From an uncultured Chloroflexia bacterium (GTDB lineage Bacteria; Chloroflexota; Ktedonobacteria; Ktedonobacterales; JADMIN01): a stretch of 64,000 nucleotides of DNA. Positions 8,728-18,256 of the stretch are shown piece after piece; the first letter of the stretch is position 1; each line of letters opens with the position of its first letter. The position numbers were made by a program, and so were the translations under genes. The notes beneath the pieces are model-generated. The model did not search any database. It had not been told where the DNA came from and was given only the letters and a program-made list of their open reading frames with translations. The stretch covers positions 135,640-199,639 of the forward strand of contig CAWEJL010000002.1 of assembly GCA_963809385.1 (NCBI GenBank). Direction: 5' to 3'.

Positions 8728-9714
8728 CTAGCGGCTGCGCGCCAGCACGAAATCCACCACTTCTTCGAGCGTCGCGCGGTCCGGTGACTGGGGAAACTCG
8801 GCGAGCAGTGATTTCGCGCGCAGCGCGTATTCCCGCGCCACGTCCAGGGACTCCTGGATAGCGGAGGTCGCGTTGACCCAGCGCACCACCGCCGTCACAT
8901 CATCCTCACTGGGCTTTTCCGCTGTCAGCAGCCGCTGTACCTGCTCGATGCGCCCGTTGTGCTCGTTGCGCAGCGCGTAGATCAGTGGCAGCGTCACCAG
9001 TCCCTGCCGCAGGTCGTTGCCGGCTGGCTTGCCGATGATCTCCTCAGCGCCGGTGTAGTCGAGCACGTCGTCCATGATCTGGAACGCGATGCCCAGATTC
9101 ACGCCGTAATCGTTCATGAGCTCGATCTGCTCGTCGCTGGCGCCGCCCACCGTCGCGCCACCCTTGCAACAGGCGGCGATCAGACAAGCGGTCTTGCGGT
9201 TGACGCGCTCCAGGTAGCGCTCCTCCGAGGTGTCCATGCGCCGGGCGGAGAGCAGCTCGATGATCGTGCCCTCGCAGACCGTCGCCACCGTGTCGGAGAA
9301 TAGCCGGTCAATGCGGAAGTCTTGCACATCGGCGATCAAGCCCGCTGTCTTGGCGAAGAGGTAATCGCCCAGCAGGATCGCCACCGGCTCGCCGTAGCGC
9401 GCGTTGACCGTCGGGATGCCGCGCCGCGTGCCAGCCTGATCAATGATATCGTCATGCACCAGTGTCGCCAAATGAGTCATCTCGAACGCAATGCTGAGCG
9501 GCAGCAGCTTCTCGAAGCGATAGGTGAAAAGCTTGCCGGAGATCAGCGTCAATGCGGTGCGCAGGCGTTTGCCAGGCGAGCTCATCGCATGCGCGGCGGC
9601 GGCGTTCAATATGTCCAAACCAGAGGTCGCCCGCAACTGGAACTCGCGGTCCACAATCTCCAAGTCTGGCTCGATAGGGGCGAACAGCCGGCTCAACGTG
9701 GCCGTATCGCTCAT
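8728..9714 (-). CDS. Long-chain trans-polyprenyl diphosphate synthase (hepta/octaprenyl type)
   Basis: LVHDDIIDQAGTRRG (first DDxxD) and FQIMDDVLDY (second DDxxD). ATG 9712-9714 with GGAGG 4 nt upstream. The longer track ORF (to 9795) starts at a GTG that overlaps a -10-like box. Confidence 0.85.
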   Translation of the reverse strand: MSDTATLSRLFAPIEPDLEIVDREFQLRATSGLDILNAAAAHAMSSPGKRLRTALTLISGKLFTYRFEKLLPLSIAFEMTHLATLVHDDIIDQAGTRRGIPTVNARYGEPVAILLGDYLFAKTAGLIADVQDFRIDRLFSDTVATVCEGTIIELLSARRMDTSEERYLERVNRKTACLIAACCKGGATVGGASDEQIELMNDYGVNLGIAFQIMDDVLDYTGAEEIIGKPAGNDLRQGLVTLPLIYALRNEHNGRIEQVQRLLTAEKPSEDDVTAVVRWVNATSAIQESLDVAREYALRAKSLLAEFPQSPDRATLEEVVDFVLARSR

Positions 9715-9785
9715 GGGGCCTCCAAAAGTGGTAGCGAGACACTCGTGTGGGTCTCGATCACGCGCCGTCGCCAGCGCCACATTTA

Positions 9786-9794
9786 ATTGTAACA
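9786..9794 (-). promoter_or_regulatory. Extended -10 TGtTACAAT for the polyprenyl synthase-ubiE operon
   Basis: The reverse complement of attgtaaca is tgttacaat. It lies about 70 nt upstream of ATG 9714. Confidence 0.4.
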
Positions 9795-9956
9795 CGGCCC
9801 GTCAGCAGTGTGGATGTCGTGTACGCGAACGCCGCCCGTTAGGTCGCGGAACGGCGTCACTTCATAGTAAGCCTAAGGCGTCTGGCTAGGGCCGCGCATC
9901 ACAGCGTCCGGCGTTCATATCACAGCGGCGTCACAAGCGAGAAAGGCGCCAAGCGG

Positions 9957-10943
9957 CTAGACATCGGCGGTATGATCCAGCTCAGCCAGGTCCTCCTGCA
10001 AGAAGAGATGCTCGAATGGCAGCTCCTCGACGATATCCAGCGCCTCGCGATACTCGCGCCAGGTTAGGCGGCGGCCCAACTCCTCGTCACCAACCACTTT
10101 GTATGCCGGAAAATACTGATCCATCACACTCAGGCCAATATCCGTCCCAATTTCGCGCGCGATCCAGTTCAGGACCTCGCGTGTGCCCGCGTGGCCGTTC
10201 GGCATCACCAAATGGCGCACGATCAGCCCGCGCGTCGCGATTCCATGCTCATCCAGCTTGAGCCCGCCCACCTGACGGTACATCTCCTTCAGCGCCGCGC
10301 GGTTGAACTCGACGTAGTGATGCATCTTTGAGGTGCGCATCGCCTCGCGGTTGTCGGCGTATTTCGCATCGGGCAGGTAGATATCTACGACGCCATCGAG
10401 CAGCTTGAGCGTGTGCAAGTGCTCGTAGCCCGCGCAGTTGTAAACCATCGGGATGCGCAGCCCACGATCGGCGGCGATCACCAGCGCCTTCAGGATTTGC
10501 GGGACGAAGTGGGTGGGCGTCACGAGGTCAATGTTGTGAGCGCCCTTCTTCTGGAGGTAGAGCATCATCTCCGCCAGCCGCTCCGGCCCCACGCGGATGC
10601 CATGCCCCATCTGACTCAGCCAGTAGTTCTGGCAATACGAGCAGCGCGCCTGGCAGCCGCCAAAGAAGATTGTCCCCGCGCCACCCGTGCCGCTCAACGG
10701 CGGCTCCTCGCGCCGGTGGAGGTTCCACGAGCCGACGATGATGTCCGTGCCGGAGTGGCACGCGCCCGTCTTGCCCGCGATACGGTTCACGGGGCAGTTC
10801 TGCGGGCAGACCGTGCAGCAGCGCAGCAGCTCCCATGCCTCATTCGCGCGCCGCGCCAGCTCGCCGGTCGCGTGTAGCGCCAGATAGCTGGGGTACAGCC
10901 CACTGGATATCTGATCGGTTTGGTCCTGGGTTGGAGCCGTCAT
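9957..10943 (-). CDS. Radical SAM protein (PflX / COG1313-like putative activating enzyme)
   Basis: CQARCSYCQN matches the CxxxCxxC radical-SAM cluster motif. An additional N-terminal Cys cluster CCTVCPQNCPVNR is present. 328 aa. Confidence 0.75.
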   Translation of the reverse strand: MTAPTQDQTDQISSGLYPSYLALHATGELARRANEAWELLRCCTVCPQNCPVNRIAGKTGACHSGTDIIVGSWNLHRREEPPLSGTGGAGTIFFGGCQARCSYCQNYWLSQMGHGIRVGPERLAEMMLYLQKKGAHNIDLVTPTHFVPQILKALVIAADRGLRIPMVYNCAGYEHLHTLKLLDGVVDIYLPDAKYADNREAMRTSKMHHYVEFNRAALKEMYRQVGGLKLDEHGIATRGLIVRHLVMPNGHAGTREVLNWIAREIGTDIGLSVMDQYFPAYKVVGDEELGRRLTWREYREALDIVEELPFEHLFLQEDLAELDHTADV

Positions 10944-10969
10944 TCGCCGCCCATCTTCACTTCTATCGC

Positions 10970-11620
10970 TTACAGCCGCGTCAGATCATCCGTCGCGCGG
11001 CGCGCCAGCAGCACGCTCTCACGCAGCCCGCGCCGCAGCGACCACCGCTGGCCGGTTTCCTCATGGGTCACTTCGCGCTGGCGCGCGCTGGTCATGCGGA
11101 ACATCGCCAGCGCGGCGTCACGCGCCGCCTCGATCCGCACGACTCCGCCGCTTGGCAGGTCCGGCGCGTTCACCCCCGTCGCGTAGGCGATCAATCCCAC
11201 CTGGACCGCCGCTACCCGGCTGAGCGCGGCCTCCAGCGCGGGACTCGCGGGCCGCTGGGCGGCGCCCGCCAGCAGGTCCGCATACGCCCAGTCGAGGACA
11301 GCCAGCAGCCAGTCGAGGTCCTCATCATTCACCGGCTCGGCGTCGGCGCTGAAGAACGCAGTAATCCCACCCGGCTTCTGGTCGGCGGTTTCGCGAGCCT
11401 CAGCGCGCACCTGGCTGTGCATGGTGGGGGTGTAGTCATCGTGGCGGCTGAGCCAGGCGTAGTACGCCGGAATCGCGTCCGCCAGGCGCTCTAGCGCCTC
11501 TCCCTGGCTGGCGCCCGTGGCGTAGCAGCCCGCCAGATCGCTCGCCAGCGCCAGCCACGCGCCGGATGGATCACGCAATAGCCAGGCCCCGTAGAGTGCG
11601 GCGTCGGGCTGTTCGGTCAT
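10970..11620 (-). CDS. Hypothetical protein
   Basis: 216-aa ORF with balanced composition, 26 nt upstream of the radical SAM gene. No family is assignable with confidence. Confidence 0.5.
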   Translation of the reverse strand: MTEQPDAALYGAWLLRDPSGAWLALASDLAGCYATGASQGEALERLADAIPAYYAWLSRHDDYTPTMHSQVRAEARETADQKPGGITAFFSADAEPVNDEDLDWLLAVLDWAYADLLAGAAQRPASPALEAALSRVAAVQVGLIAYATGVNAPDLPSGGVVRIEAARDAALAMFRMTSARQREVTHEETGQRWSLRRGLRESVLLARRATDDLTRL

Positions 11621-11655
11621 GCGGTCAAACTCCTGCGACTCCTGCGCGTGCGCGC

Positions 11656-13638
11656 TTATTCCACCAGTGCGCGGCGTAGCTCGATCACCTGGTCGCGCAA
11701 CTGGGCGGCCTTCTCGAACTCCAGCTCTTTCGCGGCCTGCTTCATCTGCGACTCCAGCCCCTTGATGAGACGGGCAATCTCATCTTTCGGCATGTCGGCG
11801 AGCGCCACCGCGCCCTCAGCCGCTCGCTCGCCCTGCTCGGATGGGCGGAAGCGGTCGGAGAGCGCGCGCACTTCTTTGATGATGCCGCGCGGGGTGATGC
11901 CATGCGCCACATTATAGTCTTCCTGGATGCGACGGCGACGGTTTGTCTCATCTATCGCCCGCCGCATCGAGTTGGTAATATGATCGGCGTACATCACCAC
12001 TGAGCCCTCGATGTGCCGCGCGGCGCGCCCTATCGTCTGGATCAGCGAGCCTTCCGAGCGTAGGAAGCCTTCCTTGTCGGCGTCGAGGATCGCCACCAGC
12101 GACACTTCCGGCAGGTCGAGCCCCTCACGCAGCAGGTTGATGCCCACCACCACGTCGTAGACGCCCAGCCGCAGGTCGCGCAGAATCTCTATCCGCTCGA
12201 TGGTGTCAATCTCCGAGTGCAGATAGTGGACCTTGACCCCCATCTCCTGGAGGTAGTCGGCCAGGTCTTCGGCCATCTTCTTGGTGAGCGTCGTCACCAG
12301 CGCGCGCTGGCCCCGCTCCGTCCGCAGGCGAATCTCGGCCAGCAGGTCATCAATCTGCCCCTCGGTCGGGCGGACGGTGATCAGCGGGTCGAGTACGCCG
12401 GTCGGGCGGATGATCTGCTCGGCCACCACGTCGCTATGCTCGTACTCAAACGGCCCCGGCGTGGCGGAGACGAAGACCGCCTGACTCAGGTGATCGAGGA
12501 ACTCGTTGAACATCAGCGGGCGGTTATCCAGCGCGGAGGGCAGGCGGAAGCCGTAGTCCACCAGCACCTGCTTGCGCGCGCGGTCGCCGTTGAACATGCC
12601 GCGCACCTGAGGCAGCGCGACGTGCGACTCATCCACTACCAGCAGGAAGTCATCGGGGAAGTAGTCCAGCAGCGTCCAGGGCTGCTCGCCGGGCTGGCGG
12701 CCCGCCAGGTGGCGCGAGTAGTTCTCGATGCCGGAGCAGATGCCCGTCTCGCGCAGCATCTCGATATCGAAGTTGGTGCGCTGCCGCAGCCGCGCGGCCT
12801 CCAGCAGCTTGCCCTCGGCGTCCAGCTCCGCCAGCCGCACCGCCAGCTCCGCTTCGATGCCGGCGATGGCGCTGTTCAACCGCTCCTGCGTCGTCACCCA
12901 GTGCTTGGCCGGGTAGATGTCCAGCCGCACGCGGTTCCCCAGAATCTCGCCGGTCAGCGGGTCAATCTCGACGATCCGCTCGATCTCGTCTCCGAAGAAC
13001 TCGACCCGCATCGCCAGGTCCTCATACGAGGGATAAATCTCCAGCGTGTCACCGCGCACGCGGAACTTGCCGCGCGTGAAGCTGGTGTCGTTGCGCTCGT
13101 ACTGAATGTCGGTCAGCCAGCGCAACACACGGTCACGCCGCCGCGTTTCGCCCACCTTGAGCGTCAGCACGACCTCGCCATATTCCTCCGGCGAGCCCAG
13201 GCCGTAGATACACGAGACCGACGCCACGATCAGTGTATCGCGCCGCTCGAACAGGCTGCGCGTCGCCGAGAGACGCAGCTTCTCGATCTCCGCGTTGAGC
13301 TGGCTCTCCTTCTCAACGTAGGTGTCCGTGCGCGGGATGTAGGCTTCTGGCTGGTAGTAATCGTAGTAGCTGACGAAGTACTCGACGGCGTTATTGGGGA
13401 AGAACTCGCGGTACTCCGCGTACAGCTGCGCCGCCAGCGTCTTGTTGGGCGCCAGCACCAGCGTCGGGCGCTGCACCCGCTCGACCATCCGCGCGACGGT
13501 GAACGTCTTGCCGCTGCCCGTCACGCCGAGCAGCGTCTGGAAGCGATGGCCCGCGCGCACGCTCTCGACCAGCGTCTCAATCGCATCGGGCTGATCGCCC
13601 GTCGGCTGAAACGGGGCGACCACCTGAAAATCCGACAT
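11656..13638 (-). CDS. uvrB: Excinuclease ABC subunit B
   Basis: [20 protein letters not shown], Walker [13 protein letters not shown] box (VVDESHV), helicase C motifs and the C-terminal UVR domain ([15 protein letters not shown]). The internal ATG at 13636-13638 gives a canonical N-terminus. Confidence 0.95.
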   Translation of the reverse strand: MSDFQVVAPFQPTGDQPDAIETLVESVRAGHRFQTLLGVTGSGKTFTVARMVERVQRPTLVLAPNKTLAAQLYAEYREFFPNNAVEYFVSYYDYYQPEAYIPRTDTYVEKESQLNAEIEKLRLSATRSLFERRDTLIVASVSCIYGLGSPEEYGEVVLTLKVGETRRRDRVLRWLTDIQYERNDTSFTRGKFRVRGDTLEIYPSYEDLAMRVEFFGDEIERIVEIDPLTGEILGNRVRLDIYPAKHWVTTQERLNSAIAGIEAELAVRLAELDAEGKLLEAARLRQRTNFDIEMLRETGICSGIENYSRHLAGRQPGEQPWTLLDYFPDDFLLVVDESHVALPQVRGMFNGDRARKQVLVDYGFRLPSALDNRPLMFNEFLDHLSQAVFVSATPGPFEYEHSDVVAEQIIRPTGVLDPLITVRPTEGQIDDLLAEIRLRTERGQRALVTTLTKKMAEDLADYLQEMGVKVHYLHSEIDTIERIEILRDLRLGVYDVVVGINLLREGLDLPEVSLVAILDADKEGFLRSEGSLIQTIGRAARHIEGSVVMYADHITNSMRRAIDETNRRRRIQEDYNVAHGITPRGIIKEVRALSDRFRPSEQGERAAEGAVALADMPKDEIARLIKGLESQMKQAAKELEFEKAAQLRDQVIELRRALVE

Positions 13639-13755
13639 CCGCGCCGCCCTCCGTCGCATGGCGCCCACTCTGCGGGGGCGTCCGAAATGAGGCGCGTGCA
13701 ACGCACGCGGCGCATAGAAATAGCCCGCGCTCGAAAGCGCGAGCCTGCGCCCCAC

Positions 13756-13761
13756 AGTATA
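13756..13761 (-). promoter_or_regulatory. -10-like TATACT upstream of uvrB
   Basis: The reverse complement of agtata is tatact. It lies about 118 nt upstream of ATG 13638. No convincing -35 box or LexA box was seen. Confidence 0.25.
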
Positions 13762-13890
13762 CAACACGGAGCGCGCCATCGGGCGGAAACGCGCCGTGAA
13801 CAACTCCATAATCAAGCAAGCTTCGCGTCATTTCACCGAACAAGAAGTGCGCGCCTATACACCACACCGCTGGCGCGATATGCTACCATG

Positions 13891-13899
13891 TGGTTAAAT
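13891..13899 (+). promoter_or_regulatory. Extended -10-like TGgTTAAAT upstream of the HxlR-family gene
   Basis: tggttaaat lies 48 nt before ATG 13947. Confidence 0.35.
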
Positions 13900-13946
13900 C
13901 GCGGAAGCGCATGTACTATCCGCGCCGCCCGCGCGCAGGAGCCACC

Positions 13947-14315
13947 ATGACGACCGAACCAGCGGCGACCATCCGGCGCCCTAACGTAGAATCCCCTCTC
14001 TGTCCCATCTTCCATGACGCCGTGGAGCTGATTGGAAGACGCTGGAATGGCGCGATTCTCTACGTCCTCATGCGCGGGCCGCGCCGCTACCACGAGTTGC
14101 TGGCGGCGATCCCCAACCTATCTGACCGCGTGCTGACCATGCGCCTGAAGGAGTTGGAGGCGCACGGACTCATCCGCCGCACCGTCGAGACTGGCCCTCC
14201 AATCAAAGTCTCGTATCAACTCACGCCCGCCGGTCAGGATCTCAATCAGGTGATTGACGCCATCGGCGACTGGGGCCACCGCTGGCGCGAGCATAACGAG
14301 ACGTCCAGCAAATGA
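13947..14315 (+). CDS. HxlR-family winged-helix transcriptional regulator
   Basis: [58 protein letters not shown] is the HxlR signature. ATG 13947 with AGGAG 5 nt upstream. Confidence 0.8.
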   Translation: MTTEPAATIRRPNVESPLCPIFHDAVELIGRRWNGAILYVLMRGPRRYHELLAAIPNLSDRVLTMRLKELEAHGLIRRTVETGPPIKVSYQLTPAGQDLNQVIDAIGDWGHRWREHNETSSK

Positions 14316-14340
14316 TCGCGGCGCACGGTGGCCAGGCGAA

Positions 14341-14820
14341 CTAGCGCGCCGCGTAGGCAACCAGCCCCCAGAGCATCGCGACGAATGTCAGCGTCTGCAA
14401 TACCACCCGCAGAGTCTGCCAGCGCTCGAAGCGGTCGAAGATGTCCGCGAGCCGCGCCTCGTCGCTGGCGGCCTTCTTCTGGCTGAAGTTGGTAGGCGCC
14501 GCCCGCGCGGTCACCAGCGAATGCAGGATGGACAGTAACGCGGCCGCGTAGATCGGCCAGACCTGACCCAGCCCGGCGCGCTGGACGTACACCACAACCG
14601 AGGCGATGACCGTCAGCAGCGCCGCGCCAATCCCCAGCGTCCCGTACCAGATGACGCCTGGCCCCAGGTCCGCCGCCTGGCTGTAAGCCGAGAACGCCAC
14701 TGCGCCCATACGTCGCCGCGCCGGAAGCTGCTTGATAGATTGGTCGAGACTCGCTCCCGCAAGGACGCCATCGGCGGCGGTCGCCGCCGCAATCAGCGCA
14801 AGCGCCCAGACATTCGCCAT
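14341..14820 (-). CDS. DUF1772-like (anthrone-oxygenase-like) membrane protein
   Basis: 159 aa with four hydrophobic helices. The N-terminus MANVWALALIAAATAADGVLAGASLDQSIKQLPARRRMG resembles DUF1772. Confidence 0.55.
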   Translation of the reverse strand: MANVWALALIAAATAADGVLAGASLDQSIKQLPARRRMGAVAFSAYSQAADLGPGVIWYGTLGIGAALLTVIASVVVYVQRAGLGQVWPIYAAALLSILHSLVTARAAPTNFSQKKAASDEARLADIFDRFERWQTLRVVLQTLTFVAMLWGLVAYAAR

Positions 14821-14897
14821 GATGGCTCCCTTTCTCATACGCTGTTGACGCCAGCCTGCCTTGATCACGCCACACGGCGTCCTCGAGCGTCAACCCT

Positions 14898-14933
14898 TAC
14901 GGGCGATGGTCGCCGTACGGGCGATGGTCGCCG
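14898..14933 (+). repeat. Exact tandem duplication of an 18-bp unit, each containing the palindrome GGCGA-N3-TCGCC (candidate operator pair)
   Basis: tacgggcgatggtcgccg occurs at 14898-14915 and again at 14916-14933. It ends 1 nt before a TTGACA box. Confidence 0.8.
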
Positions 14934-14934
14934 C

Positions 14935-14964
14935 TTGACAGAGATTAGCTCATCATGGCATAGT
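14935..14964 (+). promoter_or_regulatory. Sigma-70-type promoter TTGACA-N18-CATAGT for the isochorismatase-family gene
   Basis: ttgaca at 14935-14940 and catagt at 14959-14964, in the 260-nt divergent region between the DUF1772-like and isochorismatase genes. Confidence 0.45.
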
Positions 14965-15080
14965 TTTGTCGTGGCCACGCACAAACAGGAAGTTGCAAAC
15001 TATTAGTAAGTGAGCATCGTTGCGTGACTGATGGCGAAGACGCCTCAGGAACACGCTCACTTCACGAAAGGGCATCGAAG

Positions 15081-15773
15081 ATGGTGTCACAGAATGGACG
15101 CCGGGACTATCCCAGCCTGCTTTCTCCCGCCAACAGCGCATTGCTCCTGATCGACTTCCAGCCTCAGATGATCTTCGGCGTTCAGTCCATGGACCGGCAA
15201 ACGCTCATCAACAACGTCACCGCTCTGGCCAAGTCCGCGAAGGTATTCGATATCCCCACCGTCCTGACAACTGTCGGCGCTGAGGGATTCAGCGGCTACT
15301 GCATCCCGGAAATCCTGGAAGTCTTCCCCGATGTGAAGCCGATTGACCGCTCCTGGATCAACGCCTGGGAAGACGACGCGTTCTATCACGCCGCAGTGGC
15401 CACAGGCCGCAAGAAGCTGGTGATGGCCGCCCTCTGGACGGAGATTTGCCTGACCCATCCCGTTCTCTCCGCGCTCGCCGACGGCTACGAAGTCTATATC
15501 GTCGTTGACGCCTCAGCGGGATCGAGCACGGTCGCCCATGATATGGGAGTTCAGCGCATGATCCAGGCCGGCGCGATCCCCGTGACGTGGGCCCAGGTGA
15601 TGTCCGAGTGGCAGCGCGACTGGGCGCGCGAGACCGCCGGCCAGGTTTTCGACATCGCCGTCAAGCATGCCGGCGCATGGGGCGAAGGCGTCATCTACGT
15701 GAATACCTTCAAGTTCCCCTCGCAAAAGGCCGCGGCTGAAACGCCTGCGGAAGAACCCGTCACCGCCAGCTAA
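15081..15773 (+). CDS. Isochorismatase-family cysteine hydrolase
   Basis: ALLLIDFQPQM, the DIPTVLTTV strand and LVMAALWTEICL (catalytic Cys context), then YEVYIVVDASAG. The alternative GTG start at 15024 cannot be excluded. Confidence 0.8.
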   Translation: MVSQNGRRDYPSLLSPANSALLLIDFQPQMIFGVQSMDRQTLINNVTALAKSAKVFDIPTVLTTVGAEGFSGYCIPEILEVFPDVKPIDRSWINAWEDDAFYHAAVATGRKKLVMAALWTEICLTHPVLSALADGYEVYIVVDASAGSSTVAHDMGVQRMIQAGAIPVTWAQVMSEWQRDWARETAGQVFDIAVKHAGAWGEGVIYVNTFKFPSQKAAAETPAEEPVTAS

Positions 15774-15915
15774 GACAGCGGCGCGCGAGCATCGCGGTGG
15801 GTTGGGGGCGTCTGGGGTTTCCAGCGGTCCCGACCTATCGCGATCTACCATGCGTTTGCGCCCTGAGCGCGCCAAAGCCCTCCCCATCGCGGCGCGCCAT
15901 CGACTCGAATGACGT

Positions 15916-17610
15916 ATGATCCTCTCAGGCGCCAACCACTCACTGAAAGAGATGCCGCGCATGTCTTTGCCCGCTCACGGAACACCAGCCGCAACCGCTG
16001 ACATGATCCTGATCAATGGCAAAATCACCGCCAACGCCGCCAGCGCCGTGGAGCATGAGGCGCTGGCGATCGGCAGTGGACGCGTGCTGGCGGTAGGCCG
16101 CGCCAGCGATGTCATGACGCTCGCCCAGCCGCGCGCGACCATCGTAGACCTCGAAGGCCGCCGGGTCATCCCTGGACTCATCGATTCCCACTTGCATCAT
16201 GTGCGCGCTGGTCTCACCTGGAACGATGAAATTCATTGGGATGGGGTGGGCAGCCTCGCGGCGGCGCTGGCGTTGATCGCGCAGGCCGCCCAGCGACAGC
16301 CCGCTGGGACCTGGATTCGCGTGGTCGGCGCCTGGCATCCAGGCCAGTTCACCGAGAAGCGCGGCCCAACACGCGAAGAGTTGAGCGCGATCGCGCCCCA
16401 ACACCCCGTCTATGTCCAGATGCTCTACGAAGACGCGCTCGTCAACGATCTGGGCCTGCGCATGTGCGAGATCACCGCTGAAACGAGCGACCCGCCCGGC
16501 GCGGTGTTCGAGCGCGACGCGACGGGCGCCCCGACGGGACGCATGCGCGGCGTGCCAGCGTTCAACCATGTGCTCCAGCGAATGGGGACGACCACACTCG
16601 AACAGCGAATCGCCTCGACACGCGCCATGCTGCGCGACTTTAGCCGGGTGGGGTTAACCACTGGAACGGACGCGGGTGGCCTGGGCGCGGTATGGGACAT
16701 CTACCGCCCGATCTTCGAGATATGGCGCCAGGGCGGGATGAATTTTCGGACCCGGCTCTACGTCGGAGCGACCGAGCGCGGCGCCGAGCGCCAGCAGATC
16801 GCGGACTGGATCGCGCGCTTCCCCGAAGACACTGGCGACGATCTCCTACGCGTCATCGGCGCCGGCGAAATCATCCTGTTCGGCTACCACGACCTCGAAG
16901 GCCTTACCACGTTCCACGTCTCACCCGATAGCCGTCACGAGCTGGCCGGGATCACGCGCATGGTCATCCAGCGCGGCTGGCCTATGACGATCCACGCCGT
17001 CTGGGATACCACCATCGCCGCCGTGCTCGACGTGTGGGAGGAGGTCAACGCCGAAACGCCACTCGCGGGCAGACGCTTCTCCATCGCCCATGCGGATATG
17101 ATCACCGAGAACGATCTACTGCGCGCCCAGCGTTTGGGCATTGGCATCGCCGTTCAGGACCGGCTGGTCTTCCGTTCCGCCGACTCCGGAAGGGTCTGGG
17201 GGCATGACAAGGCGCACACCGCGCCGCCGCTGCGCCGCATGCTGGATCTCGGTATCCCCGTAGGAGCCGGGACGGACGCCACACGGGTCACCACCTACAA
17301 TCCCTGGCTCTCGCTCTGGTGGCTGGTGACCGGAAGCTCAGTGGATGGCGCGCCCCCGCGCCACGAGCGCCACCGCTTGAGCCGGGCTGAAGCCCTGCGG
17401 CTCTACACCTCCGGCAGCGCCTGGTTCTCATTCGACGAGCAGAATCTGGGAACGCTCGAGCCGGGCAAGCTGGCGGATCTGGCCGTCCTCTCTGACGATT
17501 ACTTCACCGTCCCCACCGAGGCCATCCCATCGCTGGAATCCGACCTGACGCTGATCGGCGGGCGCCCCGTCTACGCCGCGGGAAGCTTCGCCGGGCTGGA
17601 GCGTGCATAG
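15916..17610 (+). CDS. Amidohydrolase-3 (YtcJ-like, COG1574) metal-dependent hydrolase
   Basis: VIPGLIDSHLHHVRAGL (HxH metal site), IHAVWD, AHADM and the C-terminal GTDA block. The maximal ORF is given. A start at ATG 15952 or 15961 is more likely, because 15915-15920 looks like a -10 box. Confidence 0.8.
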   Translation: MILSGANHSLKEMPRMSLPAHGTPAATADMILINGKITANAASAVEHEALAIGSGRVLAVGRASDVMTLAQPRATIVDLEGRRVIPGLIDSHLHHVRAGLTWNDEIHWDGVGSLAAALALIAQAAQRQPAGTWIRVVGAWHPGQFTEKRGPTREELSAIAPQHPVYVQMLYEDALVNDLGLRMCEITAETSDPPGAVFERDATGAPTGRMRGVPAFNHVLQRMGTTTLEQRIASTRAMLRDFSRVGLTTGTDAGGLGAVWDIYRPIFEIWRQGGMNFRTRLYVGATERGAERQQIADWIARFPEDTGDDLLRVIGAGEIILFGYHDLEGLTTFHVSPDSRHELAGITRMVIQRGWPMTIHAVWDTTIAAVLDVWEEVNAETPLAGRRFSIAHADMITENDLLRAQRLGIGIAVQDRLVFRSADSGRVWGHDKAHTAPPLRRMLDLGIPVGAGTDATRVTTYNPWLSLWWLVTGSSVDGAPPRHERHRLSRAEALRLYTSGSAWFSFDEQNLGTLEPGKLADLAVLSDDYFTVPTEAIPSLESDLTLIGGRPVYAAGSFAGLERA

Positions 17611-18132
17611 AGGCGCGCGGCGGGATCGCGACCATATGCCGCCGTCATGTATGCGTGTGAGCGCGCTCAACTCTGCGGAGGAGGCGTTGGCCGCTCCTGT
17701 CGGCGTCGGAGGAATCGGCGTCGCGGTGGGTAGGGCCGTGGGGGTTGGCGGAATGGGCGTTGCGGTGGGTTGCGCGCCGCCGCCGCCTCCACCGCCGCCG
17801 CCGCCGCCGCCACCACTTCCGCCACCGCCTCCTCCGCTGGAATGCGTGGGTGTTGGCGTCGCGGTGGCCTGCGGCCCAGGCGTCACAGTCAGCGCAAAGC
17901 CCGGCGTCGGCGTCAGCAGTTGGAGCGGCATGTCTGTCGCGGTTGGCGTTGGCGTCGCTACGGGGAGCGCGTCATACGGCAGCGGAGTGAGCCAGAGCAA
18001 CGCCACAAGCCCCACCAGTAGCAGATTGCCCGCGGACCAGACCAGCGGTAGCGGCGGCCCGCGCCGCGAGCGCGCAAATGGTTGGGTCGCGCCCCCTGGC
18101 GCAACTGGACGGCCTCCCGTATCCTCTGACAT
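17428..18132 (-). CDS. Membrane-anchored Pro/Thr- and poly-Gly-rich low-complexity protein (3' end doubtful)
   Basis: ATG 18130-18132 with GGTGAGGGG upstream. One TM segment (LPLVWSAGNLLLVGLVALLWL), PT-rich linkers and a run of about 20 Gly. The last ~60 codons overlap the convergent amidohydrolase gene and look like antisense noise. Confidence 0.35.
   Translation of the reverse strand: MSEDTGGRPVAPGGATQPFARSRRGPPLPLVWSAGNLLLVGLVALLWLTPLPYDALPVATPTPTATDMPLQLLTPTPGFALTVTPGPQATATPTPTHSSGGGGGGSGGGGGGGGGGGGGAQPTATPIPPTPTALPTATPIPPTPTGAANASSAELSALTRIHDGGIWSRSRRAPLCTLQPGEASRGVDGAPADQRQVGFQRWDGLGGDGEVIVREDGQIRQLARLERSQILLVE
17776..17838. repeat. Imperfect (GCC/GGC)n trinucleotide tract
   Basis: The tract reads gccgccgccgcctccaccgccgccgccgccgccgccaccacttccgccaccgcctcctccgc. 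It encodes the poly-Gly run on the minus strand. Confidence 0.8.
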
Positions 18133-18256
18133 GCCTGCGCCCCTCACCATGCCGCTGCAGTGGCAGCGGCGCGCCGACAGCTATCAGGCGCTAGTTTCCG
18201 GCGATGGACGCTTGCTGTCATCAACACAAATGCGTATTTATTCGCACTGGGCGGAT

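Noticed and set aside
10970-11620. HicB-like antitoxin N-terminus fused to a His-less DinB-like C-terminus, upstream of the radical SAM gene
   Set aside because: The resemblance (ASDLAGCYATGASQGEALERL; WSLRRGLRESVLLARRATDDL) is too weak to assert by eye, and no partner toxin gene is present. The gene is recorded only as hypothetical.
12217-13950. 577-aa plus-strand ORF covering most of the uvrB locus
   Set aside because: It is antisense to a clear uvrB gene. Its translation is Arg/Leu/His/Gln-rich with no recognisable motifs, as expected for the open antisense frames that GC-rich genomes generate.
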